Origin: a virus
Taxonomy: Duplodnaviria; Caudoviricetes
IMG/VR virus record: IMGVR_UViG_3300001525_000092
Span: 32,001-96,000 of that record
Strand: one strand, 5' to 3'
Length of the DNA stretch: 64,000 bases
Under the pieces are notes generated by a model. That model searched no databases. It saw only the letters and a program-made list of their open reading frames with translations, and was not told the origin of the DNA. The position numbers and the translations under genes were made by a program. Below, piece after piece: positions 49,715-59,160 of the stretch (the first letter of the stretch is position 1; each line of letters begins with the position of its first letter).

Positions 49715-50725
49715 TTACTTATCATTCAAGTTGTCTGGTATGTTAGAGTCGATGTATTTCTTGATGTCTTGGTTCAGGTCTATTCCAGATTCTATGCTAG
49801 ATAACATGTTGCTATCCACTGTCACAACTCTTATAGATATTCCAGGATTGCTCAGCTTCAGTTCTTTGCACTTCTCTATGTATTCTGCTTTGTTCACTTT
49901 GTCTTTGTCTATGTAAAGCTGAACAAAGCAGTTCTCAAACTTGTCTAAATGGAATATCTGCTCATTGAAGTATCTCAAGAATATCGGTGTCCACTCATTA
50001 GTTACTTTATCGATCACATGATTTCCTTCTAAGACATATATGTGCTTGTATTCATTGACATCATTGAAGTTCAGTGAGAGTGCAGATCCAACATTCCATA
50101 GTCTGTTCTCTTCATCTTTCCAAGGTGTGTGGATATGTCCACTATATACCCAAGCATTTCCTCTTGCAAGCAACTTAGACTTGTCCCATGTCTGAAGATC
50201 ACTATGACAGAATATTCTGTTGATCTTCTCTCTCTTGTAGTGTTCCATTGTCTGATAGTAAAGCTCATCATCTTCTGTGAAGAACCAGGGAAGATACAAG
50301 TCACCATCTTCATCTAGAAATGGATTTTCTGTATATATGTGCAAGTTGTCATGACAGTCTAGAAACTCTTTTCCGAGCACCATCTCATACACATTGTAGT
50401 GCATGTCTTCTTTCTTCCCACTATAGTAGTCATGATTTCCTGCTAGTATGTGCACTTGCACATCAGATGGAAGAATCTCAAGAAGATGCCTTATCTCATC
50501 TTTCACTTTGATTCCTACTAATGTGTTAGTGCTATATCTGATGTCAAACAAGTCTCCTAAGAAGATGATCTTGTCTACTCCTCTCTGCACGGCTGTTCTA
50601 TATACTACACTGTGAAAGTAGTCTAGCATCCAGTCTAGCCACTGAATAGAGTTAGTCTTAGTTCCAAAGTGAAAGTCACCTATGACTAATGCTCTACTGT
50701 CTCTTTTATCTACATTGATTTCCAT
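49715..50725 (-). CDS. Recombination nuclease subunit (gp47/SbcD/Mre11)
   Basis: GDFHFG, LGDLFD, AGNHD, FCH, SGHIH. Confidence 0.92.
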   Translation of the reverse strand: MEINVDKRDSRALVIGDFHFGTKTNSIQWLDWMLDYFHSVVYRTAVQRGVDKIIFLGDLFDIRYSTNTLVGIKVKDEIRHLLEILPSDVQVHILAGNHDYYSGKKEDMHYNVYEMVLGKEFLDCHDNLHIYTENPFLDEDGDLYLPWFFTEDDELYYQTMEHYKREKINRIFCHSDLQTWDKSKLLARGNAWVYSGHIHTPWKDEENRLWNVGSALSLNFNDVNEYKHIYVLEGNHVIDKVTNEWTPIFLRYFNEQIFHLDKFENCFVQLYIDKDKVNKAEYIEKCKELKLSNPGISIRVVTVDSNMLSSIESGIDLNQDIKKYIDSNIPDNLNDK

Positions 50726-50825
50726 ATAATGTAATATAGATTAATAGATAATTTTATTTCAAGAATAATTAAATTAATTTGAAATTCTGAAACTTTGTTC
50801 TATCTTTAATCTGAACAAAATAAAT

Positions 50826-51419
50826 ATGATTATGATGAACAGAAACTACAATGAAGCTCCAATGATGGATCAGAAAACATTTGATATTTGTGAAGGTTAT
50901 GACTTGAACAACACTTCTAAAGAAGTTCTTGACAACTTCATCAATGAGAAGACTATCATTTGGGTCACAGACATTTGCTTGATGAATGATGAAGGAATCA
51001 TGCCAACAGGCGAGAGATATGTGACAAGCGGAATTGGTCACAACTATATTGTTCCTTGCATAGTACAGAAGATCAAGAACACTTACTGCTTGAGAGATGT
51101 GTGGATGTATTGTGGAAAAGAAAAGTACACTGAATTGGTTGAAAAATATCCACATTATCAGTTTGAACATGGAATGGAAACCAAGACTTTTGAAAATGGA
51201 GGTGGATTCTTCTTTCTTGAAGATGATGTTCATGCAAGCACTACCTATGAGTACATCAACAAAATAAGATTCAATATAGAAAAAGAATATGAAAAGTTAG
51301 AGAAGACTACTTGGGTAAAAGATATTGTGCAAAAGACTACATTCTCTATAGAAGAAGCAAAGAAAGCTCTTAGTAAAGTACACAACATTCCAGTAGAAGA
51401 AATTGAAATCAAACTTTGA
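50826..51419 (+). CDS. Hypothetical protein, paralog family A
   Basis: IVPCIV; C-terminal SIEEAKKALS..HNIPVEEIEI; promoter at 50778-50806. Confidence 0.6.
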   Translation: MIMMNRNYNEAPMMDQKTFDICEGYDLNNTSKEVLDNFINEKTIIWVTDICLMNDEGIMPTGERYVTSGIGHNYIVPCIVQKIKNTYCLRDVWMYCGKEKYTELVEKYPHYQFEHGMETKTFENGGGFFFLEDDVHASTTYEYINKIRFNIEKEYEKLEKTTWVKDIVQKTTFSIEEAKKALSKVHNIPVEEIEIKL

Positions 51420-51738
51420 TAAGACAAGAATCATGTATCAGTATAAGAAAGAAGATCTTGACAAGATGGTCAAGAAATCATATCAGTTTACTTTAGTGCA
51501 ACACATACTTGACTTACAGGACAAGGTCAAGGAACTAGAAGAAGAGAATGCTTCTCTAAAGACAGAAGCAGAGACGGCCAGGTCTAACTATGACAAAGCT
51601 AGCAACTCACTAGCTATGGAGATTGGAACTAAGATGATGGACTGGATGAGCAAGTGCTCTCTATCTAGAGATGAAGTTCATGACATAGTAGAAGATGATG
51701 TGAAGAACAATCTACGTGTGACAACTGAAGCTGACTGA
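51403..51738 (+). CDS. Coiled-coil hypothetical protein
   Basis: ORF with heptad pattern. Confidence 0.5.
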   Translation: MKSNFDKTRIMYQYKKEDLDKMVKKSYQFTLVQHILDLQDKVKELEEENASLKTEAETARSNYDKASNSLAMEIGTKMMDWMSKCSLSRDEVHDIVEDDVKNNLRVTTEAD

Positions 51739-51836
51739 CCTGAGTACTCTTGCTAGTCAGAGCACTATCATGAGACATCATGCACTTGGAAAGGACAAGA
51801 GTTTTCTACTGAGACATATTAATCAAACATAATAGC

Positions 51837-52319
51837 ATGGAACTAAAGAAATATTCAGATTTCAGAAACAATGAGTCAGCAGACAAGTTTGTTATGTCTG
51901 GCAGAGACAATGACTTGGAACTGGAAGAAGTAGTGTGGGCAGTCTTTCCTAAAGATGACAACATACGCCCATTGAAAGTCATCATTGACTTGATGAGAAT
52001 GACATTGAAGCTGCAGTCACTTACCATCAATGAGATGGAAAGTCTTAAGCTGAAGAACAGTGATGGCATTGTCAATAGCTACAACTTTGATAGGAGCATG
52101 ACTTTTGACAGTGACGGAACTTATCATGTAGTAGGCGTTGACAAGATAAAGCTATTCAGCAATGTGATAGATGCTAGAGAGTTTGTTGAAGCTAAGACAG
52201 ATGCAGACTTCATCAGACGAGAAGGACACTATTACATATTGTCATTGAGAGAAGCAAGAGGAATCATTGCTAAAGCATTAGGAGTGAACAGTAAGTTGAT
52301 ACAGCTGGAAATACAGTGA
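51837..52319 (+). CDS. Hypothetical protein, family A tail
   Basis: C-terminal SLREARGIIAKALGVNSKLIQL. Confidence 0.55.
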   Translation: MELKKYSDFRNNESADKFVMSGRDNDLELEEVVWAVFPKDDNIRPLKVIIDLMRMTLKLQSLTINEMESLKLKNSDGIVNSYNFDRSMTFDSDGTYHVVGVDKIKLFSNVIDAREFVEAKTDADFIRREGHYYILSLREARGIIAKALGVNSKLIQLEIQ

Positions 52320-53032
52320 TTATGATGGAAAGAGAAAAGTACAAGAAAGACGCAGAAGGTGCTGTCTACCTCGATAAGCAATATTGGGATTGGAAAGAAT
52401 GCCTACATTTCACAGACAAAGAATCTATTGACAAGCATGCATTGCCTATTTTGCATGTAGAGATGAGGTCTAACATGTACCCAGAATGGAAGTTTGATGA
52501 TGAATACAAAGAAGATGCTATTTATGACATGAACAAGGTTGTCTTCCGTGTGACTATCCATGAAGACAATGGAAAGATTGTTGACAACTTCATTGAGCCA
52601 TGCATCATCTATGGAGATGACAGACCAAATTTTGATCAGTACTTTGTTGATAGAGTAAGTTCTAAAGTATTAGAGAGAATCAAGAGCAACAAAGTGAGTT
52701 GGAAGCATCTTGCACTTTCTACTGACTCAGAAGATTCACTTACTATAATAGATAGAAAGAACTCTATAGAAAAGTATAGTGTTGCTAAGCCCATTTATTG
52801 TACAGATAGAAAATGGACATGGACAAAGATTTTCGGCAACTATGAGATGGCTAACTCTTATAGATACAACAAGTACATAGAATTGAAGAACAAGAAAGAA
52901 AGTGAAGAGTATGATAAGTTTCTTAAAGAAGCATCAGAAATTCTAGAAGACAAGAAAGTCATCACATTGACAGAGATAGCAAAAGCATTCAATTGTGACA
53001 AAGATAAAATTATCTTGGATTTGTCAAGATAA
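52316..53032 (+). CDS. Hypothetical protein, paralog family A
   Basis: IEPCII; C-terminal TLTEIAKAFNCDKDKIIL. Confidence 0.6.
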   Translation: MIMMEREKYKKDAEGAVYLDKQYWDWKECLHFTDKESIDKHALPILHVEMRSNMYPEWKFDDEYKEDAIYDMNKVVFRVTIHEDNGKIVDNFIEPCIIYGDDRPNFDQYFVDRVSSKVLERIKSNKVSWKHLALSTDSEDSLTIIDRKNSIEKYSVAKPIYCTDRKWTWTKIFGNYEMANSYRYNKYIELKNKKESEEYDKFLKEASEILEDKKVITLTEIAKAFNCDKDKIILDLSR

Positions 53033-53080
53033 TTTTGAAATTTATTTTGTTTTGACTATCTTTAATCTGAACAAAACAAT

Positions 53081-53773
53081 ATGATGATTATGAATACAAA
53101 CAAGATGAATGCTTTTGAGTTGAAGAATGTAGTGAACAAGATGATAGCAGACAATGCTATCACCAAGTTCAATATGATGAAGCTATTTGATACTGATGAA
53201 GACTTGATAGACAAGTTCTTGAAAGAAGAGAACATGTCTTTTATTGACATGAGTGAGCTTCACCTTAACTTTGCTGTCACTATCAGAAATGAGAACGGAC
53301 GTCTCAAGAACTGTAAGATCATTCCTTGTTTCATTGTCTATATGGGCAATCATCAGTTCAAGGCAGTTCCTGTTCCTGGAGAGCTAGCTTCTCGAAAGTA
53401 TGATGCTAACTTTAATCTCAAGATCTTTGATGACATGTTTGCAACAAGATATGGTAATTGTTGGTTTCACTTGTCAAAAGACAATGAGTTCAAGTTTGAT
53501 GATGCTTCTACTTCTAACACAGTTTTCTTCTCATTATTAGAAGATGCAAAGAACTACTTGAACACTTATACTAAGTGGTTTCATACAAAGAAGAAAGAAG
53601 ATGATGATAGAAAGAAAGATGGAATCTTCACAGTAGCAGAGATTGCAGAGAAGCTTGGAATACCAGTAGACAATCTGAAGATTGTTGATGATGCTGACAC
53701 AGACCATATGTACTTCGATGGAGTCAATCGAGAGTTGTATGGAGAGCTCCCAGATTCAGATTACATCTATTAA
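53081..53773 (+). CDS. Hypothetical protein, paralog family A
   Basis: IIPCFI; TVAEIAEKLGIPVDNLKI; promoter at 53034-53062. Confidence 0.6.
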   Translation: MMIMNTNKMNAFELKNVVNKMIADNAITKFNMMKLFDTDEDLIDKFLKEENMSFIDMSELHLNFAVTIRNENGRLKNCKIIPCFIVYMGNHQFKAVPVPGELASRKYDANFNLKIFDDMFATRYGNCWFHLSKDNEFKFDDASTSNTVFFSLLEDAKNYLNTYTKWFHTKKKEDDDRKKDGIFTVAEIAEKLGIPVDNLKIVDDADTDHMYFDGVNRELYGELPDSDYIY

Positions 53774-53798
53774 TCAACATATAACAAAAAGAAATATC

Positions 53799-54398
53799 AT
53801 GAACTTGACAGTAGCTATAACAGTGAAAGATAGCAATGGGAACTTGATAGGACCAGGCAACGGATGTCCTATCTTGTATCTTCGTGGTTCTGATGATGCT
53901 AATGATGATGCATATACAGCATTGGTGACACCAGAGTTTTTTAGCTATCTTTTCCAAAACAAATGCTTTGCTGATGTAGGCAACTATGTTGGCACCAGAA
54001 TATATGTCTCTTATTATGCTACAGAAGATGAAGTGAAGTACATCAACACACCATTGCAAGCAGCATGGACATTTGATTATCTTAGGGAAAATGCAAATAG
54101 ATGTCCTGCACTTGCATGGGTACCTACTTATCACGCATTGAAGTACATTTGGGATGCTAGCTTCGAAGGAACTGAGATTCCGCTCTCTTATGATGGTGAC
54201 TTGTCAGAAGATTCAACTATGCAAGAGGTAATATCTTTGTATGACAAGGTAAAAGAGAAGTTCGGTACCAAGTTGACTAAGGAGACATTCATCCAGAGCA
54301 TCAACTCCTGGTTGCAACGAAGAGAGATGTTTGACTTGTCAGAACACAACATAGCATATATAGTAGAACAGTTAGAAATGATTTTAAAAGATAAATAA
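53799..54398 (+). CDS. Hypothetical protein
   Basis: ATG after the upstream stop codon (MNLTVAITV). Confidence 0.55.
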   Translation: MNLTVAITVKDSNGNLIGPGNGCPILYLRGSDDANDDAYTALVTPEFFSYLFQNKCFADVGNYVGTRIYVSYYATEDEVKYINTPLQAAWTFDYLRENANRCPALAWVPTYHALKYIWDASFEGTEIPLSYDGDLSEDSTMQEVISLYDKVKEKFGTKLTKETFIQSINSWLQRREMFDLSEHNIAYIVEQLEMILKDK

Positions 54399-54400
54399 CT

Positions 54401-55039
54401 ATGGTAGCTTACAAGAAACTTAACAAAGAAGAGCGTAGAATTGTTTGCCAGAAGATGGTCAACAAGTTATGGGAGAAGTCTGATGCATTGAAGCTTCTTC
54501 GAGATATAGACAAGAAGTATGAGAGTCTTATGAGGCGAAACATTCCTGATGAAGTGACTGCTTTTGCTAAGAAGTATCCTAAGACAATCAAGACATCTAG
54601 CATTAATTTATATACAAGGAGCTTTCTTCCTAAAGAGAATGCTTGGTGCAATGAGTCATGTTTCAATTGGCCTTACATCAATGCGAACAATGTCATTCTA
54701 GGATTCTTTAAAGACAAAGAGATGAATGAATCTTTCTTCTATAATTATGATAAATTGATTGAGTACATCAAAGAAGAAGATATGTCATTGTACAATAAGA
54801 TTGCGGAAGAGCTGATTCCTAAGCTTCAAGAGATTGAGAAATTTGCAAAGTCACTTCGCTGTGCTCTCGACAAGATAATTACTGTCAACAAGCTCAAGAT
54901 GGAGATTCCAGAAGCTTATGAGATCTATGCACAGAGATTTGGTGAGCCAGCAAAGACAGAAGCACCTTGCTCAGAGAAGAAGTCAGACTTCTGTGATACT
55001 GTAGAGAAGATTCGTATGCAATATAATAGCAAGAAATAA
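54401..55039 (+). CDS. Possible Nmad5 (nucleotide-modification-associated domain 5) protein
   Basis: KLNKEERRIV N-terminus and TVNKLKMEIPEA near the C-terminus. Confidence 0.4.
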   Translation: MVAYKKLNKEERRIVCQKMVNKLWEKSDALKLLRDIDKKYESLMRRNIPDEVTAFAKKYPKTIKTSSINLYTRSFLPKENAWCNESCFNWPYINANNVILGFFKDKEMNESFFYNYDKLIEYIKEEDMSLYNKIAEELIPKLQEIEKFAKSLRCALDKIITVNKLKMEIPEAYEIYAQRFGEPAKTEAPCSEKKSDFCDTVEKIRMQYNSKK

Positions 55040-55054
55040 TTGAATATATAAAAG

Positions 55055-55660
55055 ATGAAGAAATATAACTTAGAGTTCTTGCATTGGAAGCTCAATGTAA
55101 GTCAATTGAAAGAAAAAGAAATCAACAAGATAATCTATGTGCTGGGACAGTCACGGCATGTGAAGGACATCTCATTCTATTGCTATGGTGAGTGCACATT
55201 CAGTCCTGAAGATGAAGACACTCACTGGCATCCTATTGTTGAAGAGTTGCCTACATTCAATAGAAAGCATGCTAACATGGCTATCTTTGATGTGCATGTA
55301 GTGAATGGAAGTGGACAGTATGACAAGTTGTTCTTATATCATAGCAACAATACGCGCATATCTAACTGGGGTTATGTCTTGTACAACACTAAGACTGGTG
55401 AGCAAAAGCACAAGTATTGCGTCTATGATGACATGTTTGACATAATTATGCACATCAACAGAGAGTTGAATAAGATACAGCGACATGAAGACGGAAAGAT
55501 GCATGATGAGCCTTATAAAGGAATCTACAAGAATGTGTTCATGCGACGCAATGGCACTCTAGCATTGAATGACAGATACAGAAAAGACTTTGAAGACTTG
55601 CCTATTGTATTTGTCTCAAAAGAAGTGTACAGGAACAACAAGTCTTTCATTGAGTTGTAA
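55055..55660 (+). CDS. Hypothetical protein
   Basis: 201-aa ORF. Confidence 0.55.
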   Translation: MKKYNLEFLHWKLNVSQLKEKEINKIIYVLGQSRHVKDISFYCYGECTFSPEDEDTHWHPIVEELPTFNRKHANMAIFDVHVVNGSGQYDKLFLYHSNNTRISNWGYVLYNTKTGEQKHKYCVYDDMFDIIMHINRELNKIQRHEDGKMHDEPYKGIYKNVFMRRNGTLALNDRYRKDFEDLPIVFVSKEVYRNNKSFIEL

Positions 55661-55693
55661 TTTTTAACTAAATTCAATTTCAACGAATGTCAG

Positions 55694-56644
55694 ATGGCAG
55701 ATGAATCATCAAATAGCATAATACATCAACAAGTGGGCGAAGTGCCCATAAACACATCAGTCAAGCCAGAAGACTTGACACATGGTATACCAGTAGATGT
55801 CTTAGACCAAGGATATACTACCTATGGAATGGTACAGCAAGCAGCTATCCATCTTATGGGTTCTGCTCCATTGAACGAGTTAGATGACAATGGAAACTTG
55901 AAGTCAGTTCCGGATGCTAAGGCAAAAGCAATAGCAGACAGATGTGTGAAGTATGCATACATGCTATTAGATTCACTTGCTTCTGGCAATCCTGGTTCTG
56001 GTAGCTCAGATGAAGATGAAGATGGATGTTGTTGCAAGATAGCTTATGAGAAGAAGCATGCATGGTTGTGTTACTCACACACTAACATAGAAGAATGCAA
56101 CAAGTGCACATATCATTCAATATGTCCATGTGTGAGTGGGTCTGGTAGCTCTGGAGGTGGATCAGGGTCATCTGATCACTTAGACACTACTAAGTGTTGT
56201 TGCTATCAAGCAATAGAGCAAACTGGATCATGCTTGTGTTACTCATGTACTAAACCGGAAGAATGTGAGAAATGTACTTACAAAGACATCTGTGATTGCA
56301 AGCCTGGCAATCCAAAGGAACGAATACTAGAAAGTCAACAAATAAAGAATCTAGAGAATCAGATAAAGAACTCTGCCAAGCCTAGCACACCAATTCCTTC
56401 TATGCCAACATTGTCTAATCTAGATAGTGTCATAACAGATCCAGTGTTGAATCAGCAAGTCAATGACATACTAAGGAAGCAACACATCAAGAACTTGTCT
56501 GATGTAGTGTCTAGCCTTGGATTAGTACCTTCTCCTAAGCCTACACCTTCACAAGTCACAGATGAAGAACTCAGAAAAGAGCTTGAAGAGATCATGGGTC
56601 CTATAGACTTGCCTCCTATTGACATAGACCAACCAAAACATTAA
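55694..56644 (+). CDS. Protein with two tandem Cys-rich repeats
   Basis: CCC-x11-CYS-x6-CxxCTY-xx-ICxC twice, G/S linkers, Pro-rich tail. Confidence 0.6.
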   Translation: MADESSNSIIHQQVGEVPINTSVKPEDLTHGIPVDVLDQGYTTYGMVQQAAIHLMGSAPLNELDDNGNLKSVPDAKAKAIADRCVKYAYMLLDSLASGNPGSGSSDEDEDGCCCKIAYEKKHAWLCYSHTNIEECNKCTYHSICPCVSGSGSSGGGSGSSDHLDTTKCCCYQAIEQTGSCLCYSCTKPEECEKCTYKDICDCKPGNPKERILESQQIKNLENQIKNSAKPSTPIPSMPTLSNLDSVITDPVLNQQVNDILRKQHIKNLSDVVSSLGLVPSPKPTPSQVTDEELRKELEEIMGPIDLPPIDIDQPKH

Positions 56645-56657
56645 ATAGAGCAAAGAC

Positions 56658-56999
56658 ATGAAAAGAATTTTTTCGCTTGCATTGATGATGTCAACTATAT
56701 TCATCATGATTAGTTGCATCACACCTGATGTTCCTGTAGTTGTCACAACAGGCACTCATGTTGAATATAGATCTATACCTCCTGTCATATATAGTCACCC
56801 ATTGCCACCTCCTCACTTTGATAGATATCGCTATGTTTGTCCACTTCCAAAGAGAGACTTGTACAAGCCTGTATGGCTGCAGAGACCAAGTGTGAAGCCA
56901 AGACTCAAATCTGAATTTGGCAACATGAACAGAAAGCAAGTAGACAGACCTAAGAATGTGCCTAATCCAAGAAACAAAAATTTTGGAAGAAATCGATGA
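56658..56999 (+). CDS. Pro/Arg-rich lipoprotein
   Basis: MKRIFSLALMMSTIFIMISC. Confidence 0.55.
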   Translation: MKRIFSLALMMSTIFIMISCITPDVPVVVTTGTHVEYRSIPPVIYSHPLPPPHFDRYRYVCPLPKRDLYKPVWLQRPSVKPRLKSEFGNMNRKQVDRPKNVPNPRNKNFGRNR

Positions 57000-57088
57000 A
57001 CTTTTACTACAGAAATTTCTATTATTAAACTTGAATACTTAAGTATTCAATCATATTAAATAACAATTTAAATTTAAAGTAACGAAAA

Positions 57089-57250
57089 ATGAAAAAGTTA
57101 GTTTTGATGTTTGCTATGATTGTGGCAGTGTCTTTTGCTTCATGTGGCAATTCAACAAACTCTTCTGCATCTGCAAGTGATTCAGATACAGTAGTAGTTG
57201 ACAGTGCAACTGACTCAGTTACAGTTGATAGTGCTACAGTAGCCAAGTAA
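57089..57250 (+). CDS. Small Bacteroidota-type lipoprotein with D-S/T-x repeats (not in ORF track)
   Basis: MKKLVLMFAMIVAVSFASCGNSTNSSASASDSDTVVVDSATDSVTVDSATVAK; followed by a terminator. Confidence 0.75.
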   Translation: MKKLVLMFAMIVAVSFASCGNSTNSSASASDSDTVVVDSATDSVTVDSATVAK

Positions 57251-57275
57251 TTGACTTGGATGAAACAAATCGTAG

Positions 57276-57308
57276 ATGCAGAATTCAGCAATGGATTCTG
57301 CATTTTTT
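57276..57308 (+). terminator. Intrinsic terminator
   Basis: ATGCAGAATTCA-GCAA-TGGATTCTGCAT plus T-run. Confidence 0.75.
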
Positions 57309-57374
57309 GTTTTGAAATAATCTAAAATATTTCTATATTTATAAAGTAATACATAAATTAATAGAAAGTAGATT

Positions 57375-58439
57375 ATGTCGAATATAAAATCAAAACTTAC
57401 ACTTGTTGTTGATGGAAACTGGTTGATGATGTCTCGTCTTAGCATTCTTAGAATGAGAATCAAAGATGAAGACACTCTTATCAAAGAGCTTAAGTTGATG
57501 ATGATAAAGTCTATCAATAAGCTTATTCGTGACATTCCACAGATTGACAATGTGATATTTGTTGCAGATGGTGGTTCTTGGAGAAACAAAGTAGAGATTC
57601 CAAGTTTCTTAAAGAAAGATCATATCACATACAAAGGAACAAGAGAGAAAGACAAAGAACTTGATTGGGACAAGATATTTGTTGGATATGATGACTTCAT
57701 CAATGTACTTAGAGATACTGGTGTCTCTGTATATAGAGAAAGTGGAATAGAAGGCGATGATTGGTGTAATTATTGGTCTAAGTTGCTGAACTCAAAGAAC
57801 ATCAATTGCTTGATATGGTCTGCTGACCGAGACTTGACACAACTAGTGAAGATAGATCCTAAGACTAAAGTGTTCACTGCAACTTGGAACAAGAACTATA
57901 TGACAATTGAAAGCATTGATCATAGTTCAGACAATGACATGGACTTCTTCTTCAATAGCTATGACTCTAATGAGAATCAGAAGTTGTTAGAGACACTTTG
58001 CATGAAAGCTAAGCGTGTTGATGAGATACATCCTATGGATGTTGTAATTGATAAGCTGATTCGTGGTGACATTGGAGACAACGTGATTCCTGTAGTGTAC
58101 AAGAAAGGAAAGTCGTCAAACAAGTTGTTTAGAGTATCTCAGAAAGAGCTTGACTTTAATCTTGACATTACTCGTCTTGATGATGTCAATGCTTACTTTG
58201 AAGAACTTCTTGATAAGAAAGCATGGAAAGGAAAAGCTACAGCCAATGCAGATGAATGTGTAGAGCACTTCTTCTATAATGAGAGACTTGTATGGCTTGA
58301 CGCTAGTCAGTATCCTGATGAGATATTAGAGAAGATGACAAAGTATCAGTTGAAGCCATGTTACAAAGACTTGTCATTAGCTGAGCAAAAGATACAAGCA
58401 GAGAAGAATGAAGTATTTGATGTTCTTGAAGAAATTTAA
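57375..58439 (+). CDS. rnh: T4-type RNase H / 5'-3' exonuclease
   Basis: VVDGN, YKGTR, EGDD, SADRDLTQL, GDIGDNV. Confidence 0.85.
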   Translation: MSNIKSKLTLVVDGNWLMMSRLSILRMRIKDEDTLIKELKLMMIKSINKLIRDIPQIDNVIFVADGGSWRNKVEIPSFLKKDHITYKGTREKDKELDWDKIFVGYDDFINVLRDTGVSVYRESGIEGDDWCNYWSKLLNSKNINCLIWSADRDLTQLVKIDPKTKVFTATWNKNYMTIESIDHSSDNDMDFFFNSYDSNENQKLLETLCMKAKRVDEIHPMDVVIDKLIRGDIGDNVIPVVYKKGKSSNKLFRVSQKELDFNLDITRLDDVNAYFEELLDKKAWKGKATANADECVEHFFYNERLVWLDASQYPDEILEKMTKYQLKPCYKDLSLAEQKIQAEKNEVFDVLEEI

Positions 58440-58522
58440 TGAAATATTTTGAAATAAATGAGATTGGTTCTATATTTAATACGTTAATTAAATGTAGAAC
58501 CAATTTAAGTATTATAAAGATT

Positions 58523-58882
58523 ATGGTAGATCGTTTGAATCAAGAGTTAGAATTAGATGACTTAGTACTTATCTGTCATCCTAAGACATCAGTCCTCCTT
58601 CGTTGCATTGTGAAGAAGATCAATGCAAAGACAGTCACAGTACATGCTCTTCCAGAGTCAGAAAAAGAGAATGAGACTTCTCAATATTGCCAACATGACA
58701 TGGTTGGTATTGGTGATCATAAATTTCATGGAAACTACTTCAGAATTAGTAAAGGTTTCAATAGACGTCCAGAAGAAGTAGTGAAGATTGGACATTATCG
58801 GACTATCCAAGACAACGGAAAAGACATCCATTACTCTAATGTTGAGATTGGTGATGAAGAACTTTGGCCAACCGACTTGTAA
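58523..58882 (+). CDS. SH3/KOW-like hypothetical protein
   Basis: MVDRLNQELELDDLV; the promoter at 58448-58476 argues for this internal start. Confidence 0.55.
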   Translation: MVDRLNQELELDDLVLICHPKTSVLLRCIVKKINAKTVTVHALPESEKENETSQYCQHDMVGIGDHKFHGNYFRISKGFNRRPEEVVKIGHYRTIQDNGKDIHYSNVEIGDEELWPTDL

Positions 58883-58896
58883 AAATCAATTTAATC

Positions 58897-59142
58897 ATGC
58901 TAAAAAGAAATAAGATTCCTATGAAGAAAGACATCAGTGGTTTTGATGTGAAGAAAGGTTATGTTGTGTTGTTAGCTACTACTGATAGCAACAACCTTCT
59001 TCATGCTAAAATAATAAAAGAGACAACCGCTTCTCTTATGTGTGAGATATTTGATGCTCCAGATGGCTATAGATGGCTTAATGGTAAAGTAGTTCGTCGC
59101 AAGCCGGAGCAAGTGATAGTGATAAGCCCATTTGACAACTAA
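58897..59142 (+). CDS. SH3/KOW-like hypothetical protein
   Basis: DISGFDVKKGYVV...RRKPEQVI. Confidence 0.5.
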   Translation: MLKRNKIPMKKDISGFDVKKGYVVLLATTDSNNLLHAKIIKETTASLMCEIFDAPDGYRWLNGKVVRRKPEQVIVISPFDN

Positions 59143-59160
59143 TTAAAATCACAATAGACT

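Noticed and set aside
51736-51822. Coding-like sequence continuing through in-frame TGA and TAG after ORF 51403-51738
   Set aside because: It would need two different readthroughs. The region also forms a hairpin and has another short open frame, so it cannot be distinguished from decay or chance.
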